Of a DNA stretch of 59,838 nt, positions 38,037-47,535 are shown in pieces. Within the stretch, counting starts at the first letter, position 1, and every line of letters starts with the position of its first letter. The stretch covers positions 1 to 59,838 of the forward strand of contig CAMWXM010000001.1 of NCBI GenBank assembly GCA_947178195.1. Direction: 5' to 3'. The DNA comes from an uncultured Ruminococcus sp. Its GTDB lineage: Bacteria > Bacillota > Clostridia > Oscillospirales > Ruminococcaceae. The notes below the pieces were generated by a model. It had not been told where the DNA came from, searched no databases, and saw nothing but the letters and a program-made list of their open reading frames with translations. Position numbers and translations under genes: made by a program.

Positions 38037-38876
38037 TTAACCCTCCAGTTTTTTAAGCTGCTCTTCAAGCTCGCTCATTGCCTGTTCATACTGCTCTTTA
38101 TTAGGCGCAGAGCCATGCCATGAAACCTGATTCTCCATAAAGGAAACGTCCTTGCCCTTAATACTCTTCTGAATTATAGCCACAGGCATACCCTTTACAG
38201 TATCGGCTTCATTAAAGGCTCTTTCAATATCATCAAAATCATGAGCGTCCATAGTAATAACATGCCAGCCAAAAGCTTCAAATTTATCGGTAATAGGCTC
38301 TGGAGAGCATACCTCGGTTATTTTTCCGTCGATTTGCAGTCCGTTATTGTCAACCACAGCCACAAGATTATCAAGCTTGTTATGAGCCGCAAACATTGCT
38401 GCTTCCCAGACTTGTCCTTCTTCGATCTCGCCATCGCCTAAAACAGTATAAACCTTATAGGTTTTATTATCGATTTTTCCTGCAAGAGCCATACCGCAGG
38501 CTGCGGAAATGCCCTGTCCAAGAGAACCGCTGGACATATCTACGCCCTTGATGTTAATGCAAGGGTGACCCTGTAAAGGCGAACCGATATGGCGCAGAGA
38601 TTTTAATTCGTTCTCAGGAAAATATCCCCTTAAAGCCAAAGCCGCATAAAGTGCCGGAGCGCAATGCCCCTTAGAAAGCACAAATCGGTCTCTATCAGCG
38701 TCTTCGGGATTTTCAGGATCAATATTCATCTTTTCAAAATATAAATATGCCATAAGCTCCGCTATTGAAAGTGACCCACCGGGATGCCCGGATTTTGCGT
38801 TATAAGTTCCCTCGATTATTCCCTTTCTTATCTTACAGGCGTTTATCTGTAAGAGCTTCTTTTTTTCACTGTCCAT
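38037..38876 (-). CDS. Transketolase, N-terminal (TPP-binding) subunit
   Basis: SGHPGGSLS, DRFVLSKGH, LQGHP, GSLGQG, GDGE..EGQVWEA...N and WHG. Confidence 0.94.
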   Translation of the reverse strand: MDSEKKKLLQINACKIRKGIIEGTYNAKSGHPGGSLSIAELMAYLYFEKMNIDPENPEDADRDRFVLSKGHCAPALYAALALRGYFPENELKSLRHIGSPLQGHPCINIKGVDMSSGSLGQGISAACGMALAGKIDNKTYKVYTVLGDGEIEEGQVWEAAMFAAHNKLDNLVAVVDNNGLQIDGKITEVCSPEPITDKFEAFGWHVITMDAHDFDDIERAFNEADTVKGMPVAIIQKSIKGKDVSFMENQVSWHGSAPNKEQYEQAMSELEEQLKKLEG

Positions 38877-38902
38877 TTTTTTATATTACCTCCCATGAGT
38901 TT

Positions 38903-39568
38903 TTAATTATATAAATGATATGTTTTTATAATATTATCTGACCTTTCAATAAAATCTTCAGTGCCACGAAATCCAATAGACCGATTAACTCCGTCCTCGC
39001 ATTCAAATATCCAAAGAGCACAGTACTTAGCTTCATAGTTTACGTATATTGACTTATAAGTTGTATAACTGTCAATTTCATATTTAATCAGTTCAGCGTT
39101 GTCAAAAACTTCACTATAATCAAATAATAATGCCAATTCGTCAATATCTTTGTATTTTATTCCAAAACCATTCAAATCGTAATTATACATTGAGATTTTA
39201 TTACCTTCATTATCAGCATAAGTTATAACTCCTATACGCTCGTATGGTTCATAATATTCCCATTCTATTGGAATTTCCAGATAACCGTATGTATCATCTC
39301 CTACAGTTTGAGTTTCACCTTCATAAACATAATCGGAAATATCTTCCCTTTTTATTTTTATCGCTTCCAAGGTAACAGAGGTTTCTGCAGGTTTACTGAT
39401 CAATTCTGTAATAGTTGTTTCTGTTGTAGTTGTAGCTTCAGTCACAATTGCTGTTGTAGCCTCAACCATTTCCGAAACACTTTCAGCTGATGAAGTCACT
39501 TTTTTCGGTGACGAACATGACGTCATACCAATACAAAGCAATAGTAAAATTATAGCTGATTTTTTCAT
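38903..39568 (-). CDS. Hypothetical lipoprotein
   Basis: MKK plus a hydrophobic stretch and lipobox MTS-C, then a Thr/Glu-rich linker; AT-rich; ATGA overlap with the Cof gene. Confidence 0.75.
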   Translation of the reverse strand: MKKSAIILLLLCIGMTSCSSPKKVTSSAESVSEMVEATTAIVTEATTTTETTITELISKPAETSVTLEAIKIKREDISDYVYEGETQTVGDDTYGYLEIPIEWEYYEPYERIGVITYADNEGNKISMYNYDLNGFGIKYKDIDELALLFDYSEVFDNAELIKYEIDSYTTYKSIYVNYEAKYCALWIFECEDGVNRSIGFRGTEDFIERSDNIIKTYHLYN

Positions 39569-40377
39569 ATTTCCCCCGAATATATCCTGTCAATAAGTTC
39601 GGCGACAGCTCCCTCGTCAGAAGTTTTTTCAAGAATAATATCTGCCCTGTCCTTGACCGCCTGCTGAGCGTTGGCGGTCGCCGCACCGCAGTGGGCAGCT
39701 TCCAACATTTCAATATCGTTATGATAATCCCCCACCGCAATAATTTTCATATGTTCTAAATTCATAATTTTAATATATTCTTTTAATGCCGCACCCTTAG
39801 AGCTGTCCTTTGGCAGCATTTCCACAAAGGTTTTATCCGATCTGACAAAATCCACAGGAAAAGTTTTTGAGCGGATAATTTTTTCAAGCTTGTCAATATT
39901 TTCGGAAGAATCGGCAAAAAGTATCTTATACCAGCCTCCCCAAGGCACTTCCCTCAATGGCATGTAAGCCGGTTCAACTCCGCATATCTTAACATGATTT
40001 TTCTCATACTCATTATTACATACAACGTAAATATTGTCAAGTCTTAAAACCTCAATTCCCGGATTTTCTATAAATTCCATTAATTCCTCCGCAATGTCAA
40101 TTGCAATTTCGGGAAGTTCGTCGGTAAAAAGAGGTGCTTTTTTCGCAATATCATAAATAAGCGAACCGTTATACATAATAACAGGCATATCTATTTTCAG
40201 TTCGTCCATGAATTTTTCTGCTGCCTGTAGGGTTCTACCTGTGGCGATAGAAAATTTTCCGCCGTCGCATCTGAAACGGCTTATGGCTTTTTTATCAATA
40301 TCCGAAAGGATCTTATTTCCGGGAAGCAATGTTCCGTCTAAATCTGTTATTAAAAAATATCCTGATAAATCGGGCAT
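39565..40377 (-). CDS. Cof-type HAD-IIB hydrolase
   Basis: DLDGTLL, ATGR, YNGS, SKG and GDYHNDIEML motifs. Confidence 0.9.
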   Translation of the reverse strand: MPDLSGYFLITDLDGTLLPGNKILSDIDKKAISRFRCDGGKFSIATGRTLQAAEKFMDELKIDMPVIMYNGSLIYDIAKKAPLFTDELPEIAIDIAEELMEFIENPGIEVLRLDNIYVVCNNEYEKNHVKICGVEPAYMPLREVPWGGWYKILFADSSENIDKLEKIIRSKTFPVDFVRSDKTFVEMLPKDSSKGAALKEYIKIMNLEHMKIIAVGDYHNDIEMLEAAHCGAATANAQQAVKDRADIILEKTSDEGAVAELIDRIYSGEI

Positions 40378-40380
40378 AAT

Positions 40381-41289
40381 TCATCTTACCTTTCTTAAAA
40401 CCTCATTAAAATAATCGGGAAGCTTGCTGTCAAACTCCATATATTTTTCGGTTATCGGGTGAATAAAACCTATTTTTTTAGCGTGAAGGCATTGTCCGTC
40501 AATACCGTTAAATTGCTTGCCGTAAACATCGTCCCCTAAAACCGAATGACCAATATACGAAAGATGTACCCTTATCTGATGAGTTCTCCCCGTTTCAAGC
40601 CTGCACCTTAAATGAGCGCATTTTTCAAACTGCTCTATAACCTCATAATGAGTCACGGCGTTTTTGGAATTTTTTTCGGTAACGCACATTTTTTTGCGGT
40701 CGTTAGGATTTCTGCCAATAGGCGCATTGACAGTACCGCTTAATTCCTTAAATTTTCCCAGAGCAACACATTCGTATTCCCTTGTAAAGCTATGAGCCTT
40801 TATTTGTTCTGCAAGCATCTTATGTGCGTTATCCGTTTTGGCGACTATCAGCAAACCACTGGTATTTTTATCTATCCTATGTACTATTCCCGGACGTATT
40901 ACGCCGTTTATACCGGAAAGACTGTCTCCGCAATGATAAAGCAAAGCGTTTACCAGCGTTTTACTGTAATTTCCCGGCGCTGGATGTACCACCATTCCTT
41001 TAGGCTTATTTACTATCAACAGACTATCGTCCTCGTAAACAATATCAAGAGGAATGTTTTCCGGTTCGGCGTTAAGTTCGACCGGTTCAGGAATATTTAT
41101 CTGGACCTTATCCCCTTTTTTCTGCTTATAATTTTTTGATATACTTTTTTCATTTACAAGTATTTCATTTTTTTCTATAAGATTTTGTAAAGATGTTCTT
41201 GTAAGCTCCAGTGCCTGTGTACTTAACCATTTATCAAGCCGTAAACCGTCTGCATTTTCCGGTACTGTCAGAAAAATTTTCTCACTCAT
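40381..41289 (-). CDS. rluD: RluA/RluD-family 23S rRNA pseudouridine synthase with S4 domain
   Basis: RLDKWL (S4), VNKPKGMVVHP, GIVHRIDKNTSG, LETGRTHQIRVH and LHA. Start at ATG 41289, overlapping the lspA stop. Confidence 0.9.
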   Translation of the reverse strand: MSEKIFLTVPENADGLRLDKWLSTQALELTRTSLQNLIEKNEILVNEKSISKNYKQKKGDKVQINIPEPVELNAEPENIPLDIVYEDDSLLIVNKPKGMVVHPAPGNYSKTLVNALLYHCGDSLSGINGVIRPGIVHRIDKNTSGLLIVAKTDNAHKMLAEQIKAHSFTREYECVALGKFKELSGTVNAPIGRNPNDRKKMCVTEKNSKNAVTHYEVIEQFEKCAHLRCRLETGRTHQIRVHLSYIGHSVLGDDVYGKQFNGIDGQCLHAKKIGFIHPITEKYMEFDSKLPDYFNEVLRKVR

Positions 41290-41770
41290 TTTTCTCCGCC
41301 GTTTCTTTTTTATTATCCGTCTTTCTGAAATCAAAGAAAAGCATCTGTATCAGAAACAATATTACTCCCACAACAACACAGCAATCGGCAAAATTAAATA
41401 TTGCAAAATCCATAAACTGAACGTCAAAATAATCCACAACTCTGCCGTTTCTGAAAAGGCGGTCGATAATATTTCCAAGTGCGCCGCTTACTATAAGACC
41501 CATTGAAACAAGCGTCAGTATTTCCTTTTTATGCCTTATCATATAGTAAACACAAAATACCATAAGAACCGCCGTTACACAGGTCAAAACCCATCTCATT
41601 CCGGCAAAGCTTCCGAATAGCGCTCCATCGTTTTCAAGATAGGTCAGGTTTAAAATTTTAGTGTTCCCAAAAGATATAAATTCTTTTGAAGGCTGCCCTT
41701 TAAGATTTTCAATCGCCCATATTTTTATTATCTGGTCTGCTCCTGTCAGCAATAAAATTGCCACAAACAC
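41282..41770 (-). CDS. lspA: Lipoprotein signal peptidase II
   Basis: DQIIK, NDGALFG, GALGNIIDR, VVDY and IFNFAD motifs; sits in the ileS-lspA-rluD order. Start uncertain (see findings). Confidence 0.93.
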   Translation of the reverse strand: MFVAILLLTGADQIIKIWAIENLKGQPSKEFISFGNTKILNLTYLENDGALFGSFAGMRWVLTCVTAVLMVFCVYYMIRHKKEILTLVSMGLIVSGALGNIIDRLFRNGRVVDYFDVQFMDFAIFNFADCCVVVGVILFLIQMLFFDFRKTDNKKETAEKNE

Positions 41771-41833
41771 TATAATTAATGAAATAATAACTATCTCCCT
41801 TTCTTTTTTATGTTGGGTTTTCCTCCACTTTTC

Positions 41834-41872
41834 AAAAAAAGTAGGGACGCCCTGTAAAGTAAGAGCGTCCTT
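41834..41872 (-). terminator. Intrinsic terminator after ileS
   Basis: Minus strand GGACGCTCT...AGGGCGTCC stem followed by CTACTTTTTTT. Confidence 0.7.
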
Positions 41873-41885
41873 TGATCAAGCAATC

Positions 41886-44651
41886 TTATTCAACAACATT
41901 TGCACATCTTTCGCAAAGGGTCGGATGCCCACTGTTTTTTCCAACAGTTTCAGAATATCCCCAGCATCTTTCGCATTTTTCTCCTGACGCCTTAACGACC
42001 TCGTATACCGTATCACCCTGTGCATCAGCTAAAATCGATACGCCCGAAACGATAAGAATATCGCTGAGCAGTGACAAAACATCATTATATTTCGGAGCAA
42101 GTTTGCTGCTGCAATGAATAATAATATTTGCTTCAAGAGATTTACCGATAAGCTTTTCATTACGCTTTTCTTCTAAAACCTTATTAACAGATTCTCTGAT
42201 ACTGTAAATAAATTCCCATTTTGAAATAAATTCGCTGCTGAAATCAATTCCCGATTTTTCAGGCATTGAATTCAAGAAAATACTTTCCGTATTATCGTTT
42301 TTGCCGTGAGGCAGAAATCCCCATATTTCTTCTGCAGTAAATGATAAGATCGGTGCAATAAGTCTTGCAACACCGCTTAAAATTCTATACATAGCAGTCT
42401 GTGCAGCACGTCTTTCAACAGATTTTTCTCCACAGCAATAAAGTCTGTCTTTGATAATATCAAGATAGAAGTTAGACATATCTATAACGCAGAAATTATG
42501 AATACTGTGAAAAGCAATATGGAAATCAAAATCATTATATCCGCCCTGAACCTTGTCAATAAGATTATCAAGCTTCATAAGCGCCCATTTGTCTATTTCA
42601 AGAAGCTGTTCATCGAAAACGCTGTCCTTATCAGGATCAAATCCGTCTCCGTTTGAAATATTACCTAATATAAATCTTGCAGTATTTCTGATTTTTTTGT
42701 ATGCATCTGAAAGCTGCTTTAAAATTTCAGGAGAAATTCTTATATCCGAATGATAATCAGAAGAAGCCACCCAAAGTCTTAAAATATCTGCGCCGTACTG
42801 GTCTATGATTTCCGACGGATCGATACCGTTTCCAAGGGACTTGTGCATTGTTTTGCCCTGTCCGTCAACTACCCAGCCATGAGTACATACATTTTTATAC
42901 GGAGCAGTGCCCTTATATACCACCGATGTAAGCAGCGACGACTGGAACCAGCCTCTGTACTGGTCAGCGCCCTCCAGATAAAGATCAGCAGGGAAATTCA
43001 GGCAGTCATACTCATCCATAACGGCAGCATGAGACACACCGCTGTCAAACCATACGTCCATAATATCGTATTCCTTAGTAAATTCCTTACAGCCGCATTC
43101 GCACTGTACCGATTCAGGAATAAACTCGCTGATTTCTCTTGTCCACCAAGCGTCCGAGCCTTCCTTGCGGAACAAATCTGAAATAGCCTTGATAGTTTCA
43201 TCTGTAACGATAGGCTTTCCACAGTCCTTACAATATATGATCGGGATAGGAACGCCCCATGTTCTCTGTCTTGAGATACACCAGTCGCTTCTGTCACGAA
43301 CCATTCCCTTGATTCTGTCCTCTCCCCATTCAGGAATCCACTTAACGTTTTCAATAGCTTTAACGGCTTCGTCCTTAAATCCGTTTACCGAGCAGAACCA
43401 CTGTTCTGTTGCACGATAAATAATAGGACTGTTACATCTCCAGCAATGTGGGTATTGGTGTTCTATATGCTGACTTGCGAGCATTGCGCCGCATTCTTCA
43501 AGCTTTTTAGCTATAGCCTTGCTAGCCTGGTCAGTATCAAGACCCTCGAATTCTCCGGCTTCCTTAGTCTGTCTACCCTTGGCGTCAACACATACTAAAA
43601 TTCCGATATCATCGTAATTTTTGCAAACCTCAAAGTCCTCTACGCCGTAGCCGGGAGCGGTATGAACGCAGCCCGTACCGCTTTCAAGAGTTACATGGTC
43701 GCCCACAATAACAGGTGAAAGCCTGTCATAAAGAGGGTGCTTTGTTTTCATATGTTCAAGCTCTGCGCCTGTAAACGAGCCTTCTGTAGTATAGCCTTCG
43801 ATACCGGCGGTTTCCATAGTAGTCTTAACAAGCTCTGCCGCCATAACATAATACTCGTCTCCGTTTTTAACGAGAGTATATTCATATTCAGGACCTAAGC
43901 ATATAGCAAGATTGCCCGGAATTGTCCATGTTGTGGTAGTCCATATAACAAAGAAAATTTTTGAAAGATCAAGACCCATTCCGGTAAAAATTCCTTTGTC
44001 GTCCACAACGTTGAACTTTACATAAATTGATGTACAAGGATCATTTGCATATTCTATTTCAGCTTCAGCTAAAGCTGTGTTACAATCGGGACACCAGTAA
44101 ACAGGCTTCAAGCCCTTATACATGTACCCTCTTTTAGCCATTTCGCCGAAAACCTCAATTTGTCTTGCTTCATATTCAGGCTTTAAGGTAAGGTAAGGGT
44201 TATCGTAGTCCCCAAGGCTTCCCAGTCTCTTAAACTGTTCCATCTGGCTTTTTACGTGTTTGAGAGCAAAATTTTTGCAGTGTTTTCTCAATTCTACCGG
44301 AGGGATAGCGCCGTTTTCAACACCGATATCCTTCATAGCTTTAAGCTCGATAGGCAAGCCATGAGTATCCCAGCCAGGAACGTAAGGAGCGCAATAGCCG
44401 CTCATATTTTTATGCTTAATAATAAAATCCTTTAATGTTTTATTTAAAGCCGTACCAAGATGTATCTGACCGTTAGCATAGGGCGGACCGTCATGGAAAA
44501 TATATTTAGGCTTATCCTTATTATTTTCCACCATCTTGTAATAAAGTCTTTCATCTTCCCATTTCTTTAATGTTTCCGGTTCTCTTTTCGGGAGATTGCC
44601 TCTCATTGGGAAGTCTGTTTTGGGCAAATTTAATGTCTTATTATAATCCAT
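41886..44651 (-). CDS. ileS: Isoleucyl-tRNA synthetase, type 1
   Basis: HDGPPYANG, PGWDTHGLPIE, WTTTTWT, GTGCVH, DWCISRQRTWG, DVWFDSG and QYRGWF, with a C-terminal CERC...CERC zinc site. Confidence 0.97.
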   Translation of the reverse strand: MDYNKTLNLPKTDFPMRGNLPKREPETLKKWEDERLYYKMVENNKDKPKYIFHDGPPYANGQIHLGTALNKTLKDFIIKHKNMSGYCAPYVPGWDTHGLPIELKAMKDIGVENGAIPPVELRKHCKNFALKHVKSQMEQFKRLGSLGDYDNPYLTLKPEYEARQIEVFGEMAKRGYMYKGLKPVYWCPDCNTALAEAEIEYANDPCTSIYVKFNVVDDKGIFTGMGLDLSKIFFVIWTTTTWTIPGNLAICLGPEYEYTLVKNGDEYYVMAAELVKTTMETAGIEGYTTEGSFTGAELEHMKTKHPLYDRLSPVIVGDHVTLESGTGCVHTAPGYGVEDFEVCKNYDDIGILVCVDAKGRQTKEAGEFEGLDTDQASKAIAKKLEECGAMLASQHIEHQYPHCWRCNSPIIYRATEQWFCSVNGFKDEAVKAIENVKWIPEWGEDRIKGMVRDRSDWCISRQRTWGVPIPIIYCKDCGKPIVTDETIKAISDLFRKEGSDAWWTREISEFIPESVQCECGCKEFTKEYDIMDVWFDSGVSHAAVMDEYDCLNFPADLYLEGADQYRGWFQSSLLTSVVYKGTAPYKNVCTHGWVVDGQGKTMHKSLGNGIDPSEIIDQYGADILRLWVASSDYHSDIRISPEILKQLSDAYKKIRNTARFILGNISNGDGFDPDKDSVFDEQLLEIDKWALMKLDNLIDKVQGGYNDFDFHIAFHSIHNFCVIDMSNFYLDIIKDRLYCCGEKSVERRAAQTAMYRILSGVARLIAPILSFTAEEIWGFLPHGKNDNTESIFLNSMPEKSGIDFSSEFISKWEFIYSIRESVNKVLEEKRNEKLIGKSLEANIIIHCSSKLAPKYNDVLSLLSDILIVSGVSILADAQGDTVYEVVKASGEKCERCWGYSETVGKNSGHPTLCERCANVVE

Positions 44652-44653
44652 CG

Positions 44654-45337
44654 TTATACTTCTTCCTTTTCAGTTGATTCTGACGAGCCTTTTTTCTGAC
44701 CAAATTGAAGATCGGTAAATCTTGATTCATAAACTCCCTTTACCGTTCTTGCAGAAAAGCTCGACGTTGCAAAGGGATCTGACTTAGGCAACTCTGTCTT
44801 TACGACAGTTTCCTCCGGCTCGGAGATGTCATACTCAGGCGTTTCTTCTTCGTCAATTTCAATTTCAGGCATTGCCGAAATCATTTCAAGATGAGTTTTA
44901 TACATATCAAAGAGAGTTTTCTTAAATTCAGAAACCTGTTTCTGCGCTTCCAGAAGATTTTCCTTTTCCTTTTCAATTTCCGCTCTATTTTTTTCCATAG
45001 CGGCTTCATGCTGAACAGTTGCCTCATCAATAAGCGCCTGAGCCTTTTCCTGAGCCTTGGCTATTATATCATCAGCCTTTTGCTGAGCTTCAGCTATGAC
45101 CTGATGTCCCTGCTTCTGAGCGCCAAGCAAAGCGTCCTTGAGCGCTTCCTCGTCCTGACGGTATTCTCTTACCTTGTCGGCAAGTATCTGAATTTTACTA
45201 TGCAGGTCTTCTCTTTCCGCATCCATTTCATCAAATTCGCTGATAAGCTCTGCGAGAAAATCATCAATATCCTCCTGCTTATAGCCGAATGCAGCCTTTT
45301 CAAATTTTCTTTCTTTAATATCGTTTGCACTAATCAA
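44654..45337 (-). CDS. divIVA: DivIVA/GpsB domain protein
   Basis: DIKERKFEKAAFGYKQEDIDDFL N-terminus plus a long coiled coil; TTG start with GAGGTGA RBS; upstream of ileS. Confidence 0.88.
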   Translation of the reverse strand: MISANDIKERKFEKAAFGYKQEDIDDFLAELISEFDEMDAEREDLHSKIQILADKVREYRQDEEALKDALLGAQKQGHQVIAEAQQKADDIIAKAQEKAQALIDEATVQHEAAMEKNRAEIEKEKENLLEAQKQVSEFKKTLFDMYKTHLEMISAMPEIEIDEEETPEYDISEPEETVVKTELPKSDPFATSSFSARTVKGVYESRFTDLQFGQKKGSSESTEKEEV

Positions 45338-45350
45338 CGCCGCTCACCTC

Positions 45351-46112
45351 TTAATAATATTTCAACACTGCTACGTGTATTCTGCCTTTTTTCGTAATCC
45401 CAGACGCTTCTGAAAGCCTGAATTTTCCATATCCCCTTATGGAGAAAACATCACCCTCTTTTAAAGTAAAAGAACAGTCATATCTTGGAATAAAGTTCAC
45501 CTCTGCGCCGGCTGCCTTTATAATTTCCGCAGCCTTGCTTCTGCTCAGATTAACGGCAAGTCCGGCTATTGCGTCCAGTCTCATTGATGCCGCCGTGCCC
45601 TCTATCCTCTTGAAATCCTGAGTCTTAGTCAGAATGCCCGAAAAATTTTCATTATTTTTTACGCCGACTGAACCGATTTTTCTGATATTCCCACAAATAA
45701 CATCTTTAACTGCATTTGCTGCTGCGACTTGTGCGATACCCTCGTCAATGACAATATCGCCCAATGTTTCACGCTTTATACCCAAAGCCATAAACGCACC
45801 CAGAAAATCCCTGTGAGAAAGCTTATTTTCCTTTCTGAAGGTAAAGGTAATTATCTCCATAGGAAAATCACTGTTTTCAGGTTCAAAATATTCCCTGTAA
45901 ACGCACAGCATTTTTCTTTCGGCATTTTCAAAGCCGCCGAAAAAGCAATAATTCTCATGCATAAGCCGTTTAAGCTCCGCCTGAGCTGCGGCAGCCTCGC
46001 CAGCATTGAGAAACAGTGAATAAACGGCTCCTCTTTTCAGCGAAAGCTCTACCATATCGCCTATTCTCGATAAAAATAATTTATCGGCATTTAAAGATAT
46101 ATTTTCAGCCAT
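45351..46112 (-). CDS. ylmH: YlmH S4-domain RNA-binding protein
   Basis: FFGGFENAER, LSHRDFLGA, GDI, SMRLD, SRSK and SIRGYGK; lies between sepF and divIVA. Confidence 0.88.
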   Translation of the reverse strand: MAENISLNADKLFLSRIGDMVELSLKRGAVYSLFLNAGEAAAAQAELKRLMHENYCFFGGFENAERKMLCVYREYFEPENSDFPMEIITFTFRKENKLSHRDFLGAFMALGIKRETLGDIVIDEGIAQVAAANAVKDVICGNIRKIGSVGVKNNENFSGILTKTQDFKRIEGTAASMRLDAIAGLAVNLSRSKAAEIIKAAGAEVNFIPRYDCSFTLKEGDVFSIRGYGKFRLSEASGITKKGRIHVAVLKYY

Positions 46113-46116
46113 TATA

Positions 46117-46635
46117 TCAGAGAATCACTCCATTATTTTCCAACTCCCCCACAAGGTCTTCTCCTATAAATCCGACATTGTAAGGCGTAATGATATATGT
46201 CATATTGGCAACCGGCTTTAAGCTTCCACCGTTTGCATATGCAACTCCCACAAGAAAATCAATAATTCTTCTTTTTGTCTCGGCCGACGCTGTTTCAAGA
46301 TTCAGAACTACGGTTTTTTTAGCTATAAGATGGTCGGCAATCTGTTTTGCGTCAGTAAACACTTCCGGCTTAACCAGAACTACCTGAAGCTGTGCCGTAG
46401 CCTGGATATTAACTACCTTATTGCTTCTTTTAGCTTCATCGCTGTCAAACCGTTCAGCACGGTATCCTCTGCTGCCCTCATAATTTCTGCTGCTGCTTTC
46501 ATAGCTTCCCCGGTCTTTTTCAGGAGAATATCTGTTGTCCGACTGTGACGGTTTTCTGTATGACATTTCATCGTACTGATCATCGCCATCCTCCGGCGGT
46601 ACGAAAAACTCCTTAATATTCTTGAAAACATCCAT
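46117..46635 (-). CDS. sepF: Cell division protein SepF
   Basis: VVLVKP, IADHL, VVLNLE, RRIIDFLVG..YA..G and YIITP. Confidence 0.92.
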   Translation of the reverse strand: MDVFKNIKEFFVPPEDGDDQYDEMSYRKPSQSDNRYSPEKDRGSYESSSRNYEGSRGYRAERFDSDEAKRSNKVVNIQATAQLQVVLVKPEVFTDAKQIADHLIAKKTVVLNLETASAETKRRIIDFLVGVAYANGGSLKPVANMTYIITPYNVGFIGEDLVGELENNGVIL

Positions 46636-46827
46636 TTTTTGTTCTCCTTATCTCACACTGTTATAAAAACAGATTTTTCAAAATACCAGTCATTGATATA
46701 ACCCGGGCTAAATCCCGGATTTCATCAATGAAAAGTATATATCGTCCTTTATGATCCTATACCGATCTCCGATTAATTTCAGCATCGGCATTATTTGCGT
46801 AAGTTACGGTACGTGGATTTACTTAAA

Positions 46828-47535
46828 TTACGGATAATGTCTCGGTCCGAAAAGTCCTCTTCCTATTCTGACGAGAGTCGAACCATATTTTATTGCTTCA
46901 ATATAATCTCCCGACATCCCCATTGAAAGTACGTCCATAGATATATTATCTATATTTTCAGCAGAAATGTCAATATATATCTGCTGCATTTCACATAAAA
47001 ATCTTTCCGGATCTGTCGCCGGGGGTATTGCCATAAGACCGCAGACCTTTATATTTTTCATTTCAGACATCTGATAAATAAGCTCTTTTACACAGGATTT
47101 GTCTATACCGCTTTTGGATTCCTCGTTTCCGATATTGACCTCCGCCAACACATTCTGTATCTTTCCTATACGTCCTGCATGCTTGTCTATTTCAGCTGCA
47201 AGCTTTATGCTGTCCACCGATTGTATCATAGAAACGCTGTCGATTATATATTTTACCTTATTTGTCTGTAAATGACCAATAAACTGTACATCAGCGCTGC
47301 CGCTGTAAAATTCCTTTTTGGACATATATTCCTGAACACGATTTTCACCCAGTAGCCGTATTCCAAGACTTACCGCATGATTCACTGCTGCCGGATCGAC
47401 TGTTTTGGTAACTGCCATAATATCAATTTTTTCATCGGAACGGCCATATTTTGCTACAGCGTCTCCAATCTCATAAATGATACGGTTATAATTATCGTCA
47501 ATATAGCTGAAATCAGTTTTCAACTGTGTCAACAC
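46828..47535 (-). CDS. yggS: PLP homeostasis protein YggS/YlmE
   Basis: AVTKT, GENRVQE, FIGHLQTNKVK, SKSG, GLMAI and SMGMSGDY..AI..GST.VRIG. Confidence 0.94.
   Translation of the reverse strand: MLTQLKTDFSYIDDNYNRIIYEIGDAVAKYGRSDEKIDIMAVTKTVDPAAVNHAVSLGIRLLGENRVQEYMSKKEFYSGSADVQFIGHLQTNKVKYIIDSVSMIQSVDSIKLAAEIDKHAGRIGKIQNVLAEVNIGNEESKSGIDKSCVKELIYQMSEMKNIKVCGLMAIPPATDPERFLCEMQQIYIDISAENIDNISMDVLSMGMSGDYIEAIKYGSTLVRIGRGLFGPRHYP

Noticed and set aside
37091-38876. Split transketolase as a pseudogene
   Set aside because: Two-subunit transketolases are normal in Clostridia; both genes are intact with RBSs.
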